Shown here one piece after another: positions 57,085-64,000 of a DNA stretch of 64,000 nucleotides. The notes under the pieces were generated by a model that worked only from the letters and a program-made list of their open reading frames with translations, was not told the DNA's origin and searched no databases. Numbering within the stretch: position 1 is the first letter of the stretch; each line of letters begins with the position of its first letter. The stretch is taken from NCBI GenBank assembly GCA_963745025.1, contig CAVUWD010000016.1, positions 992,001-1,056,000 on the forward strand. Direction: 5' to 3'. The position numbers and the translations under genes were made by a program. This DNA comes from an uncultured delta proteobacterium. GTDB lineage: Bacteria > Desulfobacterota > Binatia > JACPRU01.

Positions 57085-59633
57085 GCGCGTTTTCCGACGG
57101 GGAACAGGTTCATCTTCTGGGCGACGATCTCCAGTACGTGGTGGAGGATCTGCCCGAGCCGGTAATTCTTGTAGAAGAGGAGGCCCAGATTGATCACCCC
57201 GAGCACGATCGCGAAGGTGATCATCTCTCGCACCGAGAACACCACGCCCGCCGTGATCAGCAGAGCGCAAGCACCGAGCGTCAGCAGCGCGACGCCGGAC
57301 AAGCGCTGACGGCACCGCACGCGGAGGAAGCGCTTGTTTCCCCCGTGGTTTTCAACCGCGACCGCGATCTCCGAGCGCGCGAAGGCCCCACGGTGAACCT
57401 CGATGTCCCAGTCGTTCCAGCCGCGATCGACGTCGATCAGGTACTTGCGGGGCAGCAGAAAATCCATCAGGCCCTGGATGAGGCTTTCCTTCTCCACCGC
57501 TTCGTCGCTCCAGTAGACGAGCCGGAATTCCCTTGCTAGCCAGCCCTGCGGCTTCTGTCGCGGCTCGGCGAAGCGGACGGGCTCCACGTTGGCAAGGCCG
57601 CGCAACCGCCATTTGTAGCGCTCGTAAGAGCGAAGTAGCGGGCCGAGGTAGATGAGCGATGCGAGCAGCGCGCGACTTCGCCAGTCCTGGTAGCGGGGGT
57701 CGAGCTTTCGTCCCGACGCGAGCGCCGCAGCGGCCGCCCAGGAGATTGCCAGCGGAACGAACGACGGCACGATGTAGCGCCCCGACACGATCGCGCAGAC
57801 GCAGAGAAACAGCGCCACGACCGCCCACTCGAGCGTAAACGGAAGATACGAGAGCAGCGAACTCGGCGGCTCGTAGAGCGTCTGGAAGAGCCCCCTGCCG
57901 AACGGGCCATAGTAGATCACCGGTCGGCGCGATAGCAGCCCGGAGGGCGAATCGCCGTAGATCCGTCCGAGCCAACGCGATTGGCCGAGCATGTTGAAGC
58001 GGTACGGGTGCTTGAAGTAAAGCAGCGCTTCCGCCTTGCCATAGCCACGCTGTTGGCGCAGGTACGCCTTCACGGTGTTGCGGCGGAAATGCCATACCAT
58101 CGCGGCGGGGCTGAAGCCGATCTGCCAGCCGCGGTTCTGCAGCCGCCAGCAGAGATCTACGTCGTCCCCCGCCGAGGTGAAGACCGGGTCGAAGCAATTG
58201 ACCTGGCGCAGGGTCTCGCGGCGAAACGCCATGTTGCAGCCGGGAATGTGCTCGGCGATGTCGTCGTTGACGAGAACGTGGGTCGGTCCGCCCGGCGCAA
58301 CCGCCACGCACGCCGGCACACGCGAGTCCTCCGGCGGCGGCAGGTTCGGCCCGCCGGCCGCCAACCAGCCGTGACGCTGCATCGCGCCGATCAGGTACGT
58401 CAACCAGTCGGGATCGACCACGCAGTCCGAATCCGTGAACACGACGTACTCGCCCGTGGCGGCCTCGATGCCGACGTTGCGGGCGATCGACAGACCCTTG
58501 TTCTCCTGGTGGATGACGCGAAACGGAAAGCGCTGCCCGATCTCGAGGGTCGCATCCTTCGACCCGTCGTCGACGACGATCACCTCGAAATTCGGGTAAC
58601 GCAGCTGAAGCAGCGACTGCAGGCAAGCCTCTATCGTGGATTCGGCGTTGTATGCGCAGATCACCACCGAAGCCTTCGGCGGGTTCGGCAGCGGGGGCGG
58701 CAGTGGGCCGCGGTAGATGTCGCGCACCGAGTGAAACGCCGGCTTCGGTGTACGGTCCCGCCGGACCAGTCCGAAGGCCCAGTCGTCGACGTAGACGCCG
58801 TTGGTGAACCACTCGTCGGTCCACGCGAAGATGAACGTTCCCGCCACGCCGCCCTCGAACGCGGCGCGAATTTGCCACGAGAGGGTCTCGGCCTGCGTAT
58901 CCGCCCCCTCGCGGATCGAGTCGATGCCGAACTCCGTCAGCACGAGCGGCTTGTCCTCGGCGAGGTTCTGCAACCGCGCGAGGTAGCGGCGGAATGCGCC
59001 CTCGTCGTGGAGGTAGACGTTGAAGCAAACGAAATCGATGCAGTCGACGTCGAGGTACTCGGTCGAAGGGAAGTTCGCGTAACTGACCAGAGCGTCCGGA
59101 TCGAGGCCGCGAACGTCGTCGGCCAGCGAGCGCAAGAACTTGCGCACGCGATCCGGTCCGCACCACCGAACCACGTCGGGGGGAATCTCGTTGCCGAGCG
59201 AATACGCGAGGATCGCACGGTGGCCCGCGATCGGACGCACTGCGTCGCGCATGAACCGGCGGTTCGACTCCGTCATCTCCTCGGAGTCGAGAAAGCAGGC
59301 TTGCCAGGTCCAGTCGATCCCGACGAAGACCCAGAGGGCGGATTCCGCGGCGAGGTCGAGCATCCAGCGCGGCGGCGGAGTGAACGTGCGCACGCAGTTC
59401 GCGCCGAGCTCGCGGATGGCAGCGAAGTCATGATCGACCTGATCACGCTCCGGGAACCGCGCGCCGTGCGTGCCGGCCGTAAAGGGACCATAGGTCACGC
59501 CACGGACGAAGACCTTCTCCCCGTTGTGGAAGAAGAACTTACCGGCAACTCGCGGCCGGCCGCGCTCCGCGACCTCGGGGGACTCGGAGGCGACCGCCGA
59601 CCGCGCCACCACCGCCAGGTTTGCCTTCGCCAT
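57081..59633 (-). CDS. Glycoside-hydrolase TIM barrel (GH2-like) fused to a GT2 glycosyltransferase, with C-terminal TMs
   Basis: LGNE and LTEFG clan-A Glu motifs; VVDDGS, DSDC, GDDVD, QQRGY. Confidence 0.88.
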   Translation of the reverse strand: MAKANLAVVARSAVASESPEVAERGRPRVAGKFFFHNGEKVFVRGVTYGPFTAGTHGARFPERDQVDHDFAAIRELGANCVRTFTPPPRWMLDLAAESALWVFVGIDWTWQACFLDSEEMTESNRRFMRDAVRPIAGHRAILAYSLGNEIPPDVVRWCGPDRVRKFLRSLADDVRGLDPDALVSYANFPSTEYLDVDCIDFVCFNVYLHDEGAFRRYLARLQNLAEDKPLVLTEFGIDSIREGADTQAETLSWQIRAAFEGGVAGTFIFAWTDEWFTNGVYVDDWAFGLVRRDRTPKPAFHSVRDIYRGPLPPPLPNPPKASVVICAYNAESTIEACLQSLLQLRYPNFEVIVVDDGSKDATLEIGQRFPFRVIHQENKGLSIARNVGIEAATGEYVVFTDSDCVVDPDWLTYLIGAMQRHGWLAAGGPNLPPPEDSRVPACVAVAPGGPTHVLVNDDIAEHIPGCNMAFRRETLRQVNCFDPVFTSAGDDVDLCWRLQNRGWQIGFSPAAMVWHFRRNTVKAYLRQQRGYGKAEALLYFKHPYRFNMLGQSRWLGRIYGDSPSGLLSRRPVIYYGPFGRGLFQTLYEPPSSLLSYLPFTLEWAVVALFLCVCAIVSGRYIVPSFVPLAISWAAAAALASGRKLDPRYQDWRSRALLASLIYLGPLLRSYERYKWRLRGLANVEPVRFAEPRQKPQGWLAREFRLVYWSDEAVEKESLIQGLMDFLLPRKYLIDVDRGWNDWDIEVHRGAFARSEIAVAVENHGGNKRFLRVRCRQRLSGVALLTLGACALLITAGVVFSVREMITFAIVLGVINLGLLFYKNYRLGQILHHVLEIVAQKMNLFPVGKRA

Positions 59634-59748
59634 GGATCAGCGGAGAGGTTTCGGGGGCGCGTTCATCGAGAGAGGACAATTTACCAAACCGAGACGACCG
59701 TTCAAGCCGAGTCCTTGCGCACGGCGGTGCGATTTGTGAAGAAAAATC

Positions 59749-60141
59749 ATGCCTTTGCTCCACCCCAAGCATTTTTCTCTGGAGGAAGCACGCGTCGCGC
59801 TGGCCGAAGTCCAGCCGCTCGTCGAGGAGCTCGTCGTTCTCAAACGAAAGCTCGACGGTCGCGGCTTCGACATCCACCGCCACGGCTACTTCGGAGGCAC
59901 CGGACCGAACGGCGAGCGCTACTTCCCAAGCGAGCTCGAGCGCCTGGTGGAGATCCTCAAGCGGCTCGATGCGATCGGCGTAATCGTGAAGGGCATCGAC
60001 CAGGGGCTCGTCGACTTCCCCCACATCCGCTCGAGCGGTGAGGAGGTCTATCTTTGTTTTCGCGTCGGTGAAACTGACGTCGCTTTCTGGCATTCGATCG
60101 AGGAGGGGTTCGCCGGCAGGCGACCCATCCGAGAGCTCTGA
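59749..60141 (+). CDS. DUF2203 family protein
   Basis: FSLEEAR, GLVDFP, VYLC, WH..EGFAGRRP. Confidence 0.88.
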   Translation: MPLLHPKHFSLEEARVALAEVQPLVEELVVLKRKLDGRGFDIHRHGYFGGTGPNGERYFPSELERLVEILKRLDAIGVIVKGIDQGLVDFPHIRSSGEEVYLCFRVGETDVAFWHSIEEGFAGRRPIREL

Positions 60142-60143
60142 CG

Positions 60144-60542
60144 ATGCGCGTCCGATCCCTCGATCACTTCGTGCTGCGCGTGCGCGATCTCGATCGCTCG
60201 CTCGCATTCTATCGGGGTCTTCTCGGGCTCCCCGTCGAGGGCCTCGACGAGTGCAAGCAGGGAAGTCGCCCGTTCGTCTCGATCCGCATCGGAGAATCGC
60301 TTCTCGATCTCGTTCCCGACCCGACCTTCGATCCGGCATCGGCCGACGAAGGGCCCTTCCTGCATTTCTGCGTGACCCTCGAGGATCTCCCGGGGGCGAT
60401 TCGCGTGCTTCGCGAAGCCGGTGTCCGGTTCCTTCACGACGAACCCGTGGCGCGCGGCGGAGCGCGGGGTGTCGGCCTCTCGATCTACGCGCAGGACCCC
60501 GACGGGTACGTCGTCGAGCTGAAGGAGTGGAGCGGCCGCTAG
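60144..60542 (+). CDS. VOC/glyoxalase family protein
   Basis: LDHFVLRVRDLDRSLAFY, HFC, DPDGYVVE. Confidence 0.9.
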   Translation: MRVRSLDHFVLRVRDLDRSLAFYRGLLGLPVEGLDECKQGSRPFVSIRIGESLLDLVPDPTFDPASADEGPFLHFCVTLEDLPGAIRVLREAGVRFLHDEPVARGGARGVGLSIYAQDPDGYVVELKEWSGR

Positions 60543-60762
60543 CCCCGATAGGAAATTCCCGTCTGCCCCTTCGATCCGAAATCCGCACGGGTCCTGTCGT
60601 CGGCGCAGCCCCCGCCGTGCTCGCTGCGCGCCCCCGTCGGTCGCAACTCATCTCCCGTCGAGGGGCATGCTGGTGAAGCAGCCCCGGGACTTCGCCCCGC
60701 ATTCGCTGCGCGCGGCGAATGCGCCCCACGCCGACGCCACCCGAGCGAAGTTCGGATCGAGG

Positions 60763-62349
60763 CTAGGAGTCGGCGCCGAGCTCCCGGTCGACGTCGGCCG
60801 CGACTTCGTCGCGATCGCGAGCGGTGTCGATGATCCTGTGCCGGGCGGGGGCGGGAACGGTGATGGGCGTCGCTTCCGCGCGCTGGCGGAGATAGATTTC
60901 CTCGGTCGCGTCGGAGACTTCGTCCGGTCGTTTCTGCCGGTCGCGCAGGCGACGCAGCACCTCTTCTTCCCTTGCTCGGCATTCGAGGAACGTCACCGGC
61001 ACGTTCGCGGCGCGCGCCACGGCCAGCGCCTCGCGTAGATCGGAGGGGTCGAGAAACGTGGCGTCGAGCACGACGCCGCGGCCTGCCGCGAGTGATTCCC
61101 GCGCTCCCTCGAAGAGCGCCGCGTACGTCCTTCGCGTCGAATCGGCGGCGTAGAGCGAGCGTGCCGATTCCGGATCGGAGTGCTGGAAGCGAGGCACGCG
61201 GGCAAGTCGCTTGCGCGTCAGATCCGAGCTGAGGATCGCAAAGCCGCTCAGATCCCCGACGACCTGCGCAACGGTCGACTTGCCGGTTCCTGACAGCCCG
61301 CAGACGACGACCAGCTCGGGCGGTCGCCGTCCTTGCGCGTAGCGCGCGGCCAGCCGGAAATAGCGGCGCGCGGCTTCCCGTGCCTCTTCCCGCTCGGGCG
61401 CGCCCACTTCCGGCTCGCAGCTGCGCAAGATCTCGACCTTTCCCCGTACCAGCGCCCGGTGGCAGCGATAGAATTCCAGCAGATCGTGAAGCTCTCGATC
61501 GCCGCAGGCCTCGCCGTAGGCTCGAGCGAATCCTTCGGCGAGCGCCGGGAAACCGAGGAAATCCAGGTCCATCGCCAAGAAGGCGATCTCCGATGCCACG
61601 TCGGTCGAACGCAGGCGTTCACTGAATTCGACGCAATCGAAGATGTCGAGCGCTGCGTTCAAGCAGATGTGCTCGGCGCGCAGATCGCCGTGCCCCTCGC
61701 GGATCCTCCCTTCCCTGACGCGGCGTCGCAGCAGCTCTTCGTGCTCGTCCAAGAACTTCTCGAGGTACCGCCGGAGCTCGCGGATTCGCGATCCCGAAAC
61801 GGCATCGCCGGCAACCGCCGCGCACTCGGCCAGATTGCCGAGCACCGTCTCGCCGATGACCTCGCGGCTTCCATAGGTCTCGCCCCGATCCTGACAGGAG
61901 GCATGGAACGCGACGAGCTTCGCGGCCACCCGTTCGAGGTCGGCGGCACCGGCCGTCCCCTGCGCGAGCCGTCGGTCGAGCATTGCCTCTTCGGGTAACC
62001 GCCGCATCGCCACGAGATAGTCCTCGGCCTCGCCCCCGAGCTCGTCGATCGAGCCGATGGCGAAGCCGTCGTCGTGGCGTCGCACGGCGACGACGCCGAG
62101 ATAGACCGCGGGAGCGAGCCGGCGATTGAGCCGCACCTCGGCGAGACACGATTCGAGGCGCCGCTCCCGGCTCGAATAATCCAAGAAGCGAAAGCGAACC
62201 GGCTTCTTCAGCTTGTAGACGAAGCTGCCGGCGAGAAAGACCCACGAGATGTGCGTCTGCCGAACCTCCACGCTCCGCGGACGATGCGGATAGAAGCTCG
62301 GTTGCGCGAGAGTTTCGACGAGCGATGCGTGGGACGCTCCTTCGGCCAC
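60763..62349 (-). CDS. Bifunctional APH-like kinase/AAA_33 P-loop protein (Rv2004c-like)
   Basis: THISWVFL, YKLKKPV, HGDLR, DCVEF, GLSGTGKST; GGAGG before GTG 62349. Confidence 0.9.
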   Translation of the reverse strand: MAEGASHASLVETLAQPSFYPHRPRSVEVRQTHISWVFLAGSFVYKLKKPVRFRFLDYSSRERRLESCLAEVRLNRRLAPAVYLGVVAVRRHDDGFAIGSIDELGGEAEDYLVAMRRLPEEAMLDRRLAQGTAGAADLERVAAKLVAFHASCQDRGETYGSREVIGETVLGNLAECAAVAGDAVSGSRIRELRRYLEKFLDEHEELLRRRVREGRIREGHGDLRAEHICLNAALDIFDCVEFSERLRSTDVASEIAFLAMDLDFLGFPALAEGFARAYGEACGDRELHDLLEFYRCHRALVRGKVEILRSCEPEVGAPEREEAREAARRYFRLAARYAQGRRPPELVVVCGLSGTGKSTVAQVVGDLSGFAILSSDLTRKRLARVPRFQHSDPESARSLYAADSTRRTYAALFEGARESLAAGRGVVLDATFLDPSDLREALAVARAANVPVTFLECRAREEEVLRRLRDRQKRPDEVSDATEEIYLRQRAEATPITVPAPARHRIIDTARDRDEVAADVDRELGADS

Positions 62350-62466
62350 GAGTTCCGCCTCCCTACCAGTTGGAGCCACTTCGATCCGTTCGTCAAGCAG
62401 TGCTCGGCGTCCCGCACTCGATGTCCGTATCCCCCTTCGAGGGTTTCTCAGCGCGGGCTGACGCCC

Positions 62467-62481
62467 GCAACCCAAGTGCCG
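62467..62481 (-). promoter_or_regulatory. Possible sigma54 (-24/-12) promoter
   Basis: CGGCACTTGGGTTGC has correct GG-N10-GC spacing, ~120 nt upstream of the kinase gene. Confidence 0.3.
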
Positions 62482-62572
62482 AATTTTGTCACTGCTTCTC
62501 CAAATTCTTCGCGTGGCGCGACGATTCTCGGAACTAGTAGCTCAGCGCGAGTGGAGGAGTACACTGGCGATC

Positions 62573-63847
62573 GTGCCCCAGAGCCTCGAGATGCTGACCC
62601 GCCTCGGCGTTGCGCTCGCGATCGGCTTGTTGATCGGCCTCGAGCGCGGCTGGCACCAGCGAAACCTCCCCGAAGGTGAGCGCGTCGCCGGTTTCCGCAC
62701 CTTCGGTCTCGTCAGCCTGCTCGGTGCTGCCGCGGTGGTTCTCGCCGGCGAGCAAGCTCTCATTCTCGCGGCGATCGCCGTGGCGCTCGGCATCATTGCA
62801 GGCATCGGTTATTTCCGCGTCTCACGAACTCAACGAGGCCATAGCGCCACCGGGACGGTCGCGCTGCTTCTGACGTTTTCCCTCGGCGCCATGGCCGGGC
62901 GCGGCTACCTGGAGGTGGCGTCTTCAGCCGCCGTGGTCGTCACGCTCCTCCTCGGCGTCAAGCCAGAGCTTCACGGCCTGGTCCGCGCGATCGAGCGAGA
63001 GGAGCTCCTCGGAACCATCCGATTGCTGCTCATCTCGGTCGTGCTGCTGCCGATCCTGCCAAACCGCGGGTTCGGACCATGGCAGGCCCTGAACCCGTAC
63101 CGCATCTGGTGGATGGTCGTGCTCGTGGCCGGCGTCTCCTACCTCGGTTACTTCGCCAAGCGGATCTGCGGCCGCGAGCGCGGCTACCTCGTGACCGGCG
63201 TGCTCGGAGGGATCGTCTCCTCCACGGCGGTCACGCTCACGCTTTCGCGTCGCGCCGGCGCCAGCCGCGCCGACCTCGACGCCCTCGGCGCGGGAATCGT
63301 GGTCGCCTGCTCGATGATGTTTCTTCGCTTGCTGTTGGTCGTGAGCCCGATCGCCCCCGCGCTGACGAGGCCGCTGGCAGCGCCACTTGCCGTCGCCGCG
63401 ACCGTCGGCTTCGCCGGCGGCGCCGTGTTGGCGTTCCGCTCGCGCGGCGAGCGAGCGCGGCGCGCAGAACGAGACGTCGAGCTCCGAAATCCCCTCGACT
63501 TGGCGAGCGCGATCAAGTTCGGTTTCATCCTCGCGGCCGTCATGTTCCTGTCGCGCGGCTTGACCAAATCGATGGGCGACAACGGCCTCTACCTCCTTGC
63601 AGCGTTGGCCGGTCTCGCCGATGTGGACGCGATCGCGCTGTCGGCAGCCGCGATGTCGACACAAGGGCAAGCAACGACGGGCGCGGCGCTGACTGCGCTG
63701 CTCCTCGCGGTGGCGGCCAACACGGTCACCAAGGGTGCGCTCGCATGGGTACTGGGAAGGTCGGCGCTCGGTCTCCGGGTCGCCCTACCCATGGCCTCCT
63801 CGCTCGCCGCCGGCGCGGCCGCCTTCATGGCCACCCGCGTGCTCTGA
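62573..63847 (+). CDS. MgtC/SapB family membrane protein with DUF4010
   Basis: LIGLER, AGFRTF, LNPYRIWWMVV, GGIVSSTA; start could be 62591. Confidence 0.9.
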   Translation: MPQSLEMLTRLGVALAIGLLIGLERGWHQRNLPEGERVAGFRTFGLVSLLGAAAVVLAGEQALILAAIAVALGIIAGIGYFRVSRTQRGHSATGTVALLLTFSLGAMAGRGYLEVASSAAVVVTLLLGVKPELHGLVRAIEREELLGTIRLLLISVVLLPILPNRGFGPWQALNPYRIWWMVVLVAGVSYLGYFAKRICGRERGYLVTGVLGGIVSSTAVTLTLSRRAGASRADLDALGAGIVVACSMMFLRLLLVVSPIAPALTRPLAAPLAVAATVGFAGGAVLAFRSRGERARRAERDVELRNPLDLASAIKFGFILAAVMFLSRGLTKSMGDNGLYLLAALAGLADVDAIALSAAAMSTQGQATTGAALTALLLAVAANTVTKGALAWVLGRSALGLRVALPMASSLAAGAAAFMATRVL

Positions 63848-63869
63848 GAGTGGCGACCGCGAACCGCCC

Positions 63870-64000
63870 TCAGCCCCGCGATGCCGAGAGGTCGTCGACG
63901 CGAGCCGCATAGCGCTCCGGCTGCGCCTCGAACTGGCGCTGGCAGGCGAGCGAGCAGAAGCGGTACGGCAGGCCGTCGTGTACCGTCGCGAACGGCGCCA
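63870..64000 (-). CDS. C-terminal end of a YHS-domain protein (partial)
   Basis: Manual translation gives HDGLPYRFCSLACQRQFEAQPERY. Confidence 0.75.
   Translation of the reverse strand, partial: APFATVHDGLPYRFCSLACQRQFEAQPERYAARVDDLSASRG

Noticed and set aside
1-64000. tRNA, rRNA, prophage or intact IS elements
   Set aside because: No cloverleaf, rRNA-like tract, phage gene or transposase recognised by eye; a tRNAscan-SE/Infernal run would be needed to exclude small RNAs

Overview
GC-rich bacterial chromosomal window with about 55 genes. The gene content (YCF48-like and MMPL/RND lipid-transport genes, LLM/F420 enzymes, cofD, WS/DGAT, many acyl-CoA enzymes) resembles Candidatus Binatia or a related deltaproteobacterial lineage; this is inference only. 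I found no rRNA, tRNA, CRISPR array or intact transposase. Main observations: (1) a ~3.4 kb tandem duplication gives two diverged MMPL/RND genes and an in-frame chimeric lipoprotein::YCF48 gene at the junction; (2) ten intergenic hairpins have arms built from 7-nt tandem repeats; (3) a separate ~95-bp element occurs three times, with its conserved block starting 7 nt after a TGA stop each time; (4) a structured non-coding segment resembles an IS110-family non-coding end but has no transposase; (5) a cluster encodes three adenylate-forming proteins, two with degenerate active sites, next to two atypical nitroreductase-fold proteins; (6) a methyltransferase is fused to a thiol dioxygenase; (7) several frameshifts and gene scars occur, including a perfect palindrome in the topoisomerase A gene. 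All family assignments come from motif recognition by eye, not from database searches.
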